Below, piece by piece: positions 9,861 to 19,352 of a stretch of DNA of 64,000 bases. The notes under the pieces were generated by a model, which did not search any database, was not told the DNA's origin, and saw only the letters and a list, made by a program, of their open reading frames with translations. The translations under genes were made by a program, and so were the position numbers. Source of the stretch: Thermodesulfobacteriota bacterium (GTDB lineage Bacteria; Desulfobacterota; Desulfarculia; JACQYL01); the NCBI GenBank assembly GCA_963675595.2, contig CAXXLZ010000002.1:2560001-2624000 (forward strand), in the 5' to 3' direction. The first letter of the stretch is position 1; every line of letters begins with the position of its first letter.

Positions 9861-10628
9861 ATGGGCAATACAGTCGTCGAAGTCAAAGAAGTCTCTTTTT
9901 CGTACAACAGCCATCCCGTGCTGAAAGACGTCACCTTCGATATCGAACGCGGCGACTTCCTTGCGATTATTGGTCCCAACGGCGGCGGCAAGACTACACT
10001 GGTCAAGCTCATTTTAGGACTTCTGCGGCCCGACTGCGGAGTCATCCACGTTCTGGGAGAAACCCCGGGGAAAGCCTCCCACCACATCGGCTACGTTCCG
10101 CAGAGCAGTCACACCAATCCCGGCTTCCCCATCTCCGTTTTGGACGTCACGCTCATGGGCAGGCTGGGAATCTCTTCCCGCAGATGGGGGTACACTCCCA
10201 AAGATCGGGAAGCGGCCAAAGAGGCACTGCAACAAGTGGGCATGTGGAATCATCGTAATCGCAGAATCGATGAGTTGTCCGGAGGAGAACGCCAAAGAGT
10301 ATTCATCGCCCGGGCCCTCTCCTCAAAACCGGAAATTCTTTTCCTGGACGAACCCACCACGGGCGTGGACGCCAAAGGCCAGTCGGACATTTTTCATTTC
10401 CTGCATGAACTGAACCGAAACGCCACGATTGCCGTGGTAAGCCATGATGTGAATGTCCTGTCGAGTTATGTGAAGTCCGTGGCTTGTGTAAACCAGAAGG
10501 TCTTCTTCCACCACGAATCCGAAATCACACCCGAAATGATGAGAACCATTTACCACTGCCCGGTGGAACTCATTGCTCACGGTATTCCCCACCGGGTCTT
10601 GGGTGTCCACGAGGACCACGAGTCATGA
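9861..10628 (+). CDS. znuC: Zn/Mn ABC transporter ATP-binding protein
   Basis: GPNGGGKTT, IGYVPQ, LSGGERQRVFIAR, LDEPT, His-rich tail YHCPVELIAHGIPHRVLGVHEDH. Confidence 0.9.
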   Translation: MGNTVVEVKEVSFSYNSHPVLKDVTFDIERGDFLAIIGPNGGGKTTLVKLILGLLRPDCGVIHVLGETPGKASHHIGYVPQSSHTNPGFPISVLDVTLMGRLGISSRRWGYTPKDREAAKEALQQVGMWNHRNRRIDELSGGERQRVFIARALSSKPEILFLDEPTTGVDAKGQSDIFHFLHELNRNATIAVVSHDVNVLSSYVKSVACVNQKVFFHHESEITPEMMRTIYHCPVELIAHGIPHRVLGVHEDHES

Positions 10629-11467
10629 TGGAGGTCCTTCAATACGAATTCATGCGCAACGCTTTGCTGGCCGGACTTCTGGCGAGCATCGCCTGCGGCG
10701 TCATCGGTACCCTGGTGGTGGTCAACCGCATCGTCTTCCTCGCCGGCGGCATTGCCCATGCGGCTTATGGGGGCGTAGGACTGGCCTTGTTTATGGGCTG
10801 GCCTCTCACCCTGGGAGCCGCTTTGTTCTCCGTTGCGGCCTCGACGGCCATGGGAGCCGCAAGCACCGGCAGGAAACATCGAGCCGATACGCTCATCGGA
10901 GTCATGTGGGCCGTCGGCTTCGCCGTGGGCATCGTGTTTACGGACCTTACTCCGGGCTATAACGTAGACCTCATGAGTTACCTTTTCGGTAGTATCCTGG
11001 CGGTGCCTTCTTCCGACTTGTGGCTCATGTGCGCGCTGAACGCCATCATTCTCGCAGTGGTCTGTTGGTACTACAAGGAGCTGTCGGCGGTTTCCTACGA
11101 TGAAGAATTCGCCACGGTTCGAGGAGTCCCTTCCAGAGCCTTGCACTATCTTCTCATGGTCATGGTGGCCCTGTGTATCATCATGATCATCCGCCTCGTA
11201 GGGCTGGTTCTGGTCATCGCCCTGCTCACCATTTCCCCCTATATGGCGGAAGGCCTCAGCAAGTCACTCAAATCCATGATGGCTTGGTCCGTGGTATTCA
11301 GCGCCGGATTCATTCTCCTCGGGCTCTGGTTGTCCTTCACCCTCAATCTGACGTCGGGAGCTACCATCATCCTTGTGGCGGCTGCGTTCTTTTTCCTGAA
11401 CCTCACCACCGGCAATCTGATTGCACGCCGAAGGAAGACGGTCGGAAACACGTTGCGAATCTTTTGA
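10625..11467 (+). CDS. znuB: Zn/Mn ABC transporter permease
   Basis: FMRNALLAGLLASIACGVIG, GGIAHAAYGG, DLMSYLFGSIL; ATGA overlap with znuC. Confidence 0.9.
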   Translation: MMEVLQYEFMRNALLAGLLASIACGVIGTLVVVNRIVFLAGGIAHAAYGGVGLALFMGWPLTLGAALFSVAASTAMGAASTGRKHRADTLIGVMWAVGFAVGIVFTDLTPGYNVDLMSYLFGSILAVPSSDLWLMCALNAIILAVVCWYYKELSAVSYDEEFATVRGVPSRALHYLLMVMVALCIIMIIRLVGLVLVIALLTISPYMAEGLSKSLKSMMAWSVVFSAGFILLGLWLSFTLNLTSGATIILVAAAFFFLNLTTGNLIARRRKTVGNTLRIF

Positions 11468-11528
11468 CCCCACATCCAGTCATGGAAACATCGTTTATAG
11501 TAAATATGCCTGCCGGAGACTGAAAATC

Positions 11529-12014
11529 ATGTGCGTGAACTGCGATTATGAAGGTCTTCTCAAATCAAACGGTCTCAGATGTACTCCCAACCGGCTCCAC
11601 GTGCTGCGAATCATCGGCAACAGCCCCTCGCCTTTGAGCGCAATAGAATTACTGGCCACCGTGGAACGGTCCAGGCCCATGAATCGAGTTACCCTGTATC
11701 GGATTCTGGATTCTCTCGTCGGATGCAGGATCGTGGATAGGATCAGTGCGGGCGACCGCTCCTTCAGGTACGGCCTCGCCCAGAACCCCAACCACCCGGC
11801 ACACCCTCATTTTTTCTGTACCACCTGCGGCAACATGGTCTGCCTAGATCCCGGAAGCCTGGAACGGGTGGCATCGGAACTCCGAAAATTCAGGGAAACC
11901 TTCCCCGCTCTTGTGGAACGGGTGGAAATCCGCTTGGATGGTACCTGCAAGAACTGCTTGAGAAAAAGGAAGACCGACCCGGAGTCCGGCCGTACGCCGC
12001 GTGCAGCCGAGTAA
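11529..12014 (+). CDS. zur: Fur-family regulator, probably Zur
   Basis: GLRCTPNR, NRVTLYRILD, HPHFFCTTCG, GTCKNC; in operon with znuCB behind a Zur-like box. Confidence 0.75.
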   Translation: MCVNCDYEGLLKSNGLRCTPNRLHVLRIIGNSPSPLSAIELLATVERSRPMNRVTLYRILDSLVGCRIVDRISAGDRSFRYGLAQNPNHPAHPHFFCTTCGNMVCLDPGSLERVASELRKFRETFPALVERVEIRLDGTCKNCLRKRKTDPESGRTPRAAE

Positions 12015-12053
12015 GGTCCACCCTGTGCGGATATTTCAGGAGACGCTTTCTCC

Positions 12054-12356
12054 ATGAACGACGACCATCCCTCCACTCTGCGGCAACGGATTCTGGAACT
12101 GCTCCTGGAGGAAACCCTCACCGTGCGAGACCTGTCCAAAGCCCTGGGCGCTTCCGAACGCGAGGTTTTGCACCATCTGCCCTATGTTGCGCGAAGCGCG
12201 GCCCACAGCCGTCGATTTTTGATCATCCCGGCCCTTTGCCTCAACTGTGGTTTTGAGTTCAAGAAGAGGGACCGACTCACCACCCCCGGCAAATGCCCCC
12301 TCTGCAGAAGCCCAAGGATCAGCCCCCCCGCCTTCCACGTGTCCTCGTCCTCCTGA
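12054..12356 (+). CDS. Small HTH + Zn-ribbon transcriptional regulator (COG3357-like)
   Basis: TLRQRILELL..LTVRDLS...SEREVLHHL then PALCLNCGFEF...PGKCPLCRS. Confidence 0.75.
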   Translation: MNDDHPSTLRQRILELLLEETLTVRDLSKALGASEREVLHHLPYVARSAAHSRRFLIIPALCLNCGFEFKKRDRLTTPGKCPLCRSPRISPPAFHVSSSS

Positions 12357-12545
12357 CGACCCGAGTATGTTGTCGCAAAAGCGCCCCGGCGGTTAAACCG
12401 TGGATGGGTCGCCCGGGGGTCGGAATTCCCTCCCGTAGATCGTATGGAAACGGTTTTCCGATGTTCAACGACGATTGCGCAAGCCCGCGACCCGTAGATG
12501 ACGGATCGCGGAAGCGGGGAAGAAGAGCCGCCGTCCTTGGAACGG

Positions 12546-12845
12546 TTACTTGAGGGAATCGAGGTATTCTTTCCATTCCGTGGGAAGCAGGTACTTCTTC
12601 TTGATGTTGCATGTCTTACAGGCCGGTACGAGGTTACTCTTTACGCTTTTTCCGCCACGAATGATGGGAATGACATGGTCCATGGTGAGCTCGCGAGGAG
12701 GTACCTTAGCTCCGCAGAAATAGCAGACGCCTTTGCTGCGTTTGCGCTTCCACCACTCGGTATTGCGCAAGGTGCGTGCTTTGTTCCGTTCGCGACGGAC
12801 GTCTTCCTCTTTGACGCTGGTGAAAAACGGCTGTTCCCTATCCAT
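12546..12845 (-). CDS. Small stand-alone HNH endonuclease
   Basis: CYFCG...LTMDHVIPIIRGG...NLVPACKTCN. Confidence 0.85.
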   Translation of the reverse strand: MDREQPFFTSVKEEDVRRERNKARTLRNTEWWKRKRSKGVCYFCGAKVPPRELTMDHVIPIIRGGKSVKSNLVPACKTCNIKKKYLLPTEWKEYLDSLK

Positions 12846-12853
12846 GATGGAGC

Positions 12854-13411
12854 TCAAAGGTGCTCTTGGGCCGTGCTCAGCCGGGTAATTTCAACGACGA
12901 TGCGCGAAGCGGGCCGATTTGGGTCCGGCGTGAACACGATGGGTTGAATTTCATATTCTCCTTTTTTCGCAAAATCCAAGACAAATCTGGTCAATCCCCG
13001 GTCGGGATGGCGTCCCACGCGTACGATCTTAAGAAATCCCGGGTACTTGGGCTTAATGACGTCCGGCAACGAGTGTTCGTTTCCGCTCGGCACATCGATC
13101 ACCAGACGTGGTGGGTCTTTGAGCGAAAAGATGTCGGGCTCCACCTTCCGTGACAGAGCAATGACGAAGAACACCTTAGGGTTGCCCGCTTCTTCCCGGA
13201 TGAACGCATCTTGGATTTCGGGCGGTCTTTCTCCGGTCGGCTTCTCGGAGTCTCCGGAAACCGCGCGTACCGACGAAAAATGCACCAAGAGGGGAAGCGC
13301 ACAGAGCAAAAGAACGATGAACCGCGGCACGGATGTCCGAATCCGCGCACGGTCTTTTGGAGTCGGAGCTTCATTTCCCCCGAGTTTCGATCGAATCTTT
13401 ACGTGATTCAA
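12854..13411 (-). CDS. AMIN-domain periplasmic protein
   Basis: Hydrophobic signal FIVLLLCALPLLV; FSLKDPPRLVIDV and IVRVGRHP...TRFVLDF; TTG start at 13411 behind GGAGG. Confidence 0.7.
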   Translation of the reverse strand: MNHVKIRSKLGGNEAPTPKDRARIRTSVPRFIVLLLCALPLLVHFSSVRAVSGDSEKPTGERPPEIQDAFIREEAGNPKVFFVIALSRKVEPDIFSLKDPPRLVIDVPSGNEHSLPDVIKPKYPGFLKIVRVGRHPDRGLTRFVLDFAKKGEYEIQPIVFTPDPNRPASRIVVEITRLSTAQEHL

Positions 13412-13796
13412 TGTGCCTCCCGCTCTCACTCTCCTTGGACTTTTCCCGCTTATGCCGGCCGCCGGAGTCCTTCGGCACCCGGCTGGGCCGTACACGGGAA
13501 GCCTTCAAACCACAAAAAAACGTTCAATTCCGGTTCACCGGTCATTTCCCGTTCCGCCGGTCTTGCATAAAGGGGTCGGAAAGAGGTACATCGATACTCC
13601 TCACATCCGTATTAAGGATACAATGCGGGACAGGGTGGCTGCAAACCATCGCCCCCGATTCGGATGAGATGCCTCGGCCCATTTTTCGTCCACGACAAAG
13701 ACGTCTTGGACCCCGACTTAGGGAGAAACGGTCGCGTGTTTGTGTCGCCTCTGCAAACCTGAATCCTGATGGAACCTATGCATGGGACGGTAAGAC

Positions 13797-14480
13797 ATGG
13801 CAAATCCTTCGCAGAAAACATTGAACCGCGGCATACAGGGGGCCTTGGATCAGCTCGAGGAGATGCGAACAAGAGTTTCCCGAGGTGAACAGCTGGAAAG
13901 CGCGGAAGTTCATTGGCTGGTAGAGACTCTGTACAAAGCCCTCAGCGGCCTCGCTTCCACATCCCCCCCAAACCGGAAAGAAGCGAAAGCGGACGAAGGA
14001 CAAGCCGATGGGAATAAGTCCCCTTCTTTCGAGGAGGCTGAATCTCCGGACGCTGTTGAGATATTTTCCGACGGGGCCTGCAGCGGCAATCCCGGAGGCG
14101 GAGGATGGGCCGCCATTTTGAGGTGGGGGGACCGTGAAAAGGAGCTGGCCGGAAGCGCTCCGCACACCACCAACAACCGCATGGAGCTTACCGCGGTCAT
14201 ACAGGCCTTCAAGGAATTGCACAGGCCCGCGCGTGTGACGGTATACACGGATTCACAATACCTGCAAAAAGGAATGACAAGCTGGATTCATTCATGGAAG
14301 CGCAAAGGTTGGATCACGAGCAATCGTCAACCCGTTAAGAACGCCGATCTCTGGAGATCTCTCGACGAACTGACTACAAAGCATCAGGTAAAATGGGAAT
14401 GGGTGGCCGGCCATTCCGGGCATCCGGAAAACGAGCGGTGCGACGCACTGGCAAAAGAAGCGATGATGAAAGGTTCGTGA
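13797..14480 (+). CDS. rnhA: Ribonuclease HI with N-terminal extension
   Basis: [52 protein letters not shown]. Confidence 0.93.
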   Translation: MANPSQKTLNRGIQGALDQLEEMRTRVSRGEQLESAEVHWLVETLYKALSGLASTSPPNRKEAKADEGQADGNKSPSFEEAESPDAVEIFSDGACSGNPGGGGWAAILRWGDREKELAGSAPHTTNNRMELTAVIQAFKELHRPARVTVYTDSQYLQKGMTSWIHSWKRKGWITSNRQPVKNADLWRSLDELTTKHQVKWEWVAGHSGHPENERCDALAKEAMMKGS

Positions 14481-14751
14481 TTACTCGACGGGCTTTCCGC
14501 TTCTCCTGTGCAAAAAGCAAGGCCCGAGGCGACCGGTGCGTAGAGAATCTGATTGACAATGGGTTTGGCCATAAGCTAATCAGATAGCTAATTTGTAATC
14601 ACTTTATGGCTACCCAGGGGACTCAGGCCCTTCTACCGCCCTCGCGACGCTTCGGCTCTCTTATTCCGGGCCGAGGCAATACTTCCCACACCATGCCCCT
14701 TGAGGCCGGTCTCATCCTGAATGCTTTGAACACCCTACTCGAAGGAGGAGC

Positions 14752-16059
14752 ATGATGTCCAAGTTCTGGGATGAAAAATTCGAAACCATGCCTTATGATG
14801 AGATGGCCAAGTTTCAACTGGGTAAACTGAAGGAAACACTTTCCTGGATATACGAACGAGTTCCCTTCTATACAAAGTCTTTCGATAAATTGGGGCTCAA
14901 GCCCGACGACCTGTCCAAATTAGAAGACCTGTCCAAGTTCCCACTCACAATCAAGAACGACCTGAGGGATGAGTACCCCTTCGGACTCTGCGCCGTGGAC
15001 ATGAAGGAAGTGGTTCGAATTCACGCTTCCTCCGGAACCACCGGAAAGCCTATTACCGGTCCCTACACGGCGCAGGACAGACAAGATTGGGCCGATTGCA
15101 TGGCCCGGATGCTCTGGGCTCAGGGAGTGCGCCCCGACGATATCTGCCAGAACGCGTATGGTTACGGACTGTTTACCGGCGGCCTGGGTTTTCATCAAGG
15201 CGCCGAAGCCGTGGGAGCCACGACTATTCCCATTTCAAGCGGCCTTACCGAACGGCAGATTACCCTGATGAAGGATTTCGGGACCACGGTGCTTTTCTGT
15301 ACCCCGACTTACGCCTTGACCATCGCCGAGCGCGCCGAAATCATGGGTGTCGACGTTCACAAGCTGCCTCTCCGCGTGGGCTCGTTCGGCGCGGAACCAT
15401 GGACGCCCAAAATGCGGGACGAAATCGAACGTCGAATGGGCATCACGGCCCACGAAGCATACGGGCTGACGGAGATGATGGGGCCCGGAGTGGCCTTTTC
15501 CTGCGAAGCCAGGAACCTGCACATCAACGAAGACCACTGCCTCCCGGAAATTATCGACCCGGAAACGTTGCAGCCCCTACCTTACGGTGAAGTGGGAGAA
15601 TTGGTCTTCACGGCGCTTCAACGGCGTGCCATGCCCCTGATTCGCTACCGCACCAAAGACATCACCCGCTTGGAGAGAATCCAATGTCCTTGCGGCCGTA
15701 CGCTGGTTACCATGAACAAGGTCACGGGCCGGGACGACGACATGCTCATTATCTCCGGAGTCAACGTGTTTCCGTCCCAAGTGGAAAGCGTGGTCATGGA
15801 ATTCAGGGAAATGGAGCCTCACTACTTGATTCGGGTTCGCAAGAAAGGTTATCTGGACGTGATGTCCCTGGAACTCGAAGCCAAGAAGTCCGTTTACGGC
15901 GACGGCCAAGAAGCTCTCACCGCCTTGGCTCAGAGGGTCAGCGAGCGTATCCTGATGGTCATCGGCATCAACGTGCCCGTCACGATTGTTCCCATGAATT
16001 CCATCCCCAGAAGCGAGGGCAAGGCCAAGCGCGTGATCGATGAAAGAAACCAGGGCTAG
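14752..16059 (+). CDS. paaK: Phenylacetate-CoA ligase
   Basis: RIHASSGTTGKP, YGYGLFTGGLGFH, GAEPW, YGLTEMMGPGV, RYRTKDI, GVNVFPSQVE, PRSEGKAKRVID; GAAGGAGG RBS. Confidence 0.93.
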   Translation: MMSKFWDEKFETMPYDEMAKFQLGKLKETLSWIYERVPFYTKSFDKLGLKPDDLSKLEDLSKFPLTIKNDLRDEYPFGLCAVDMKEVVRIHASSGTTGKPITGPYTAQDRQDWADCMARMLWAQGVRPDDICQNAYGYGLFTGGLGFHQGAEAVGATTIPISSGLTERQITLMKDFGTTVLFCTPTYALTIAERAEIMGVDVHKLPLRVGSFGAEPWTPKMRDEIERRMGITAHEAYGLTEMMGPGVAFSCEARNLHINEDHCLPEIIDPETLQPLPYGEVGELVFTALQRRAMPLIRYRTKDITRLERIQCPCGRTLVTMNKVTGRDDDMLIISGVNVFPSQVESVVMEFREMEPHYLIRVRKKGYLDVMSLELEAKKSVYGDGQEALTALAQRVSERILMVIGINVPVTIVPMNSIPRSEGKAKRVIDERNQG

Positions 16060-16124
16060 CGGGCGTCGCACGAAGCCGGCCCTTCGTTGAAATACAGCCG
16101 ACGGACTGAAAAGAGAGGTACCCG

Positions 16125-17981
16125 ATGCACAAACTATTGACAGGTTCTCCTGGTGAGAAAGTACTGCTGCTGGGGAACGAGGCTATCGCCAGAGGAGCCC
16201 TGGAGGCCGGGTTGGCTTTCGGAGCCACTTATCCGGGCACACCGTCTTCCGAGATCAGCGAGAACCTCTGGCGCATTTCCCACGAGACGGACCTATACTT
16301 CGAATATTCGACCAACGAAAAGGTGGCTCTTGAGATGACCGCAGCAGCCGCGGCATCCGGCCTCAGGTCCATGGCGGTAATGAAGCACGTCGGCATGAAT
16401 GTGGCGGCGGATGCCTTGATGACACTGGCCTACGTGGGAGTCCGCGGTCCCATGGTCATTGTCTGCGCCGACGATCCCTACATGTTCTCGAGTCAAAACG
16501 AGCAGGACAACCGATATTACGGCAAGCTCTCCGGCCTGCCTATTCTGGAGCCTTCCTCGGGCGCCGAGGCCAAAGAGATGATCAAGTACGCCTTTGATCT
16601 CTCCGAGGAGTTGCACGAGCCCGTGATCTTCAGGACCACGACCAGGATCAACCATTCCTCCGACGTGGTGGAATTAGGCTCTTTTCGCGAAAGAGTCACC
16701 TCCGGCGCTTTCGAGAAAAACCCTTTTCGTTACGTCACCGTGCCGGCGGTTTCTCGGAACCTGCACAAGATACTGCTGGAGAACTACGACAAAGCGCTCT
16801 CCCTGTCCGAGAGCTCTCCCTGGAATCTTTTTCTGGGCGACGGCCCCTGGGGGATCGTCTGCAACAGCGTGAGCTTCAATTACGTTCAGGATGCCGTGAA
16901 GGACTTGAATATCGAGGACAAGGTTCGAATCCTGCGTATCGGCTTCTCCCATCCGTTCCCTTCCGGTTTGATCCATCGGTTCGTCCAGGGGTGTGAAAAG
17001 GTCCTGATTGTTGAAGAAGGCGAGGCTTACATGGAGGAAGCCGTCAAATCGGCGGCTCAGGAAGTCGGATGTGCGATACCCATCCGCGGAAAGAGCCCCG
17101 ATCTCTTTTCCAGGCTTTTCGAGTTCGATCCCAAGCTCGTGAGGGAAAAGGTCGCCGGCTACTTCGGCGTCGAGTTGATCCTCACACCTCCCGTCGAAAC
17201 CACCGGGCTGCCGGAAATTCCCCAAAGGCCGCCCAATCTCTGCGCCGGATGTCCTCACCGAGCCACCTTCTACTCGATCCGGAAGGTTCTCGGTAACGAC
17301 GCCGTGTACCCCACGGACATCGGATGCTACACCCTGGGCCTGCTGCCTCCTTTGTCCATGGCGGACTACCTCATCTGTATGGGCTCCAGCGTCGGAACCG
17401 CCGGCGGTTTCAGCAGGGCCACCGGTAAGAAGGTCGTAGCCTTCATCGGCGACTCCACCTTTTTCCATTCCGGCATTCCAGGATTGGTCAACGCCGTCCA
17501 TCACAACCATGACTTCACCTTGGTCATTCTGGAAAACGGAACCACGGCCATGACCGGGCATCAACCTCATCCCGGCGTGGATATGGATCGCATCGGCTTC
17601 GACGGATTTTCCCGAGTGGACATCGAAGCGGTGGTGCGCGGTTTGGGAGTCAAGAACGTCGTCACGGTGGAACCGCTCAAACTCAAGAAGACCCAGGAGG
17701 CGGTCAAAGCGGCGGTGGAAACACCCGGTGTCTCCGTCATCATATCGAGAGAGCTCTGTCCGCTTTTCGCGCGAGCATTGCCCGACGCCCGCAAGGAGAG
17801 AGCCTTTCACGTACTGGAATCCAAATGCAAAAACCACCGCGACTGCATCAACGACTTGGCCTGTCCCGCCTTTTATCTCGAAGAAAACCGGGTACGCATT
17901 GACGAAAACGTGTGCATCGGCTGCGCGGTCTGTGCCCAGATATGCCCGGAAAACGCCATCGTTCCGGTTAAGGCCGGTTAG
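16125..17981 (+). CDS. iorA: Indolepyruvate:ferredoxin oxidoreductase alpha subunit
   Basis: LLGNEAIARGA, YPGTPSSEI, MKHVGMNVAAD, SSQNEQDNR, CAGCPHR, GDSTFFHSG, C-terminal ferredoxin CIGCAVCAQICP. Confidence 0.95.
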   Translation: MHKLLTGSPGEKVLLLGNEAIARGALEAGLAFGATYPGTPSSEISENLWRISHETDLYFEYSTNEKVALEMTAAAAASGLRSMAVMKHVGMNVAADALMTLAYVGVRGPMVIVCADDPYMFSSQNEQDNRYYGKLSGLPILEPSSGAEAKEMIKYAFDLSEELHEPVIFRTTTRINHSSDVVELGSFRERVTSGAFEKNPFRYVTVPAVSRNLHKILLENYDKALSLSESSPWNLFLGDGPWGIVCNSVSFNYVQDAVKDLNIEDKVRILRIGFSHPFPSGLIHRFVQGCEKVLIVEEGEAYMEEAVKSAAQEVGCAIPIRGKSPDLFSRLFEFDPKLVREKVAGYFGVELILTPPVETTGLPEIPQRPPNLCAGCPHRATFYSIRKVLGNDAVYPTDIGCYTLGLLPPLSMADYLICMGSSVGTAGGFSRATGKKVVAFIGDSTFFHSGIPGLVNAVHHNHDFTLVILENGTTAMTGHQPHPGVDMDRIGFDGFSRVDIEAVVRGLGVKNVVTVEPLKLKKTQEAVKAAVETPGVSVIISRELCPLFARALPDARKERAFHVLESKCKNHRDCINDLACPAFYLEENRVRIDENVCIGCAVCAQICPENAIVPVKAG

Positions 17982-17989
17982 GAGCAATC

Positions 17990-18583
17990 ATGAAACCGAT
18001 CAGACTCATCATCGTGGCCGTGGGCGGGCAGGGCAACCTGCTGGCCTCCAGGGTTCTGGGAGAAGCCGCCTTGGCCGGCGGGATACCGGTGCGCATGAGC
18101 GAAATCCACGGCATGGCTCAGCGGGGCGGCGTGGTTGAATCCGCCGTTTTGTTCGGGGACGTTCACAGCACGATCATAGCGGACGGTGAAGCGGATGTGC
18201 TCGTAGGATTCGAGCCTTCGGAGACTTTGCGCGCGGCCAATAAATGTAATGAACACAGCTTGGTGATCACCAACTTGGGCCAGTTGCCTCCTTTCACGGT
18301 AGCCATCGGCAAAGGGGTCTATCCGGAGGTGAACGAAGCCCTGAAAACTCTCGGGGAAAGAGTCGGAAGAATTGTCGCCCTGGATGGTACCGGATTGGCC
18401 CTTGAGGCGGGAAGCACCATGTCCCTGAACATGGTCATGCTTGGAGCCTTGGCCAAGACCGGTGTCGTACCCGTATCGGCCGACCTGATCCGAAAAACCA
18501 TCGAGGAAAAGACCAAGGCCGCGTTCCGAGACATGAACATGAAGGCATTCAACTCGGGTTTTGAGGCGGTGGAATCGGCCTGA
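17990..18583 (+). CDS. iorB: Indolepyruvate:ferredoxin oxidoreductase beta subunit
   Basis: VGGQGNLLAS, SEIHGMAQRGGVV, NMVMLGAL; follows iorA. Confidence 0.93.
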   Translation: MKPIRLIIVAVGGQGNLLASRVLGEAALAGGIPVRMSEIHGMAQRGGVVESAVLFGDVHSTIIADGEADVLVGFEPSETLRAANKCNEHSLVITNLGQLPPFTVAIGKGVYPEVNEALKTLGERVGRIVALDGTGLALEAGSTMSLNMVMLGALAKTGVVPVSADLIRKTIEEKTKAAFRDMNMKAFNSGFEAVESA

Positions 18584-18604
18584 ACAGAATACTCCGGATC
18601 GTTC

Positions 18605-18640
18605 TCCCAAGGCCGGTGGGCGCGCCCACCGGCCTTGGGA
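18605..18640. repeat. Perfect 36-bp palindrome
   Basis: TCCCAAGGCCGGTGGGCG|CGCCCACCGGCCTTGGGA, 18-bp arms with no spacer. Confidence 0.9.
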
Positions 18641-18657
18641 CCCCAGGAAGGTGCGGC

Positions 18658-19056
18658 GTGAGCTTGTTCGACAAAATCCTTCAGCGAAAGCCAAAGAAGG
18701 GCATCGAGCCCAATCTCCTGTCCTTCTCCCATTTTCTCCAACTTTCCGAGCAGGAAATCGACGAGTTGATCCGAGAGAATCCCAAGTGGTTTCAGGAGCT
18801 ACCCTATGTCGGTGCCATGAGCAAGGAAGCGGCCCGCAAACTCGAAATTGAAAAACGGGCCATGTGGCGGCGCATTATCTATGACGCCAAGCGTTCCAAC
18901 CTCCCGGCCCTCAGATGGGAATGTTCCAAAGACGAGAGAGTGTGCCTACAATGTGCCGAGTTGTGCGGTCAGGTCTTCCAATTCGAGGACTACGAGAGGC
19001 TCGACGCGATTCGTATGCATGTGGGTTGCAGATGCAACCTGACGCCGGTGAGATAA
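18658..19056 (+). CDS. Hypothetical protein with phage minor head (MuF/SPP1 gp7-like) C-terminal Cys/His motif
   Basis: LRWECSKDERVCLQCAELCGQVF...HVGCRC resembles the MuF motif W....D.R.C..C..l.G..f...H..CRC; GTG start at 18658. Confidence 0.6.
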   Translation: MSLFDKILQRKPKKGIEPNLLSFSHFLQLSEQEIDELIRENPKWFQELPYVGAMSKEAARKLEIEKRAMWRRIIYDAKRSNLPALRWECSKDERVCLQCAELCGQVFQFEDYERLDAIRMHVGCRCNLTPVR

Positions 19057-19352
19057 ATCGGTTTTCGTTTTTTCCGCAGCCGCCTGTGCTGGATTTCCGA
19101 CGCAGGCGGAGTGCGTTCCATTGCTCCCATCCATTTGCCCGCCCGTTATGAGATATCGCGGCTCTTCTCAAACTAATAGACACTCCAAACCCCATCGGGA
19201 TAGGTCCAACCCTTTACTTGGATGCAGAATCGTAATAAACTGTTTCCCGTGCTGTCATTTCCCCGACTTTTTCACGCCATCCCGCAGACGGGAGAGAGAT
19301 TGTTTCCGGCACGCCACGCACTTGCCCACACGATGGAGAGGTTGCCAAGAGC

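Noticed and set aside
12546-12845. HNH gene as a mobile element or Cas9/IscB fragment
   Set aside because: About 99 aa, no RuvC motifs, no terminal repeats or flanking ncRNA evident; looks like a common small chromosomal HNH
19306-19325. sigma54 promoter before the HD-GYP gene (CCGGCACG...TTGC)
   Set aside because: GG-to-GC spacing is not the required 10 nt
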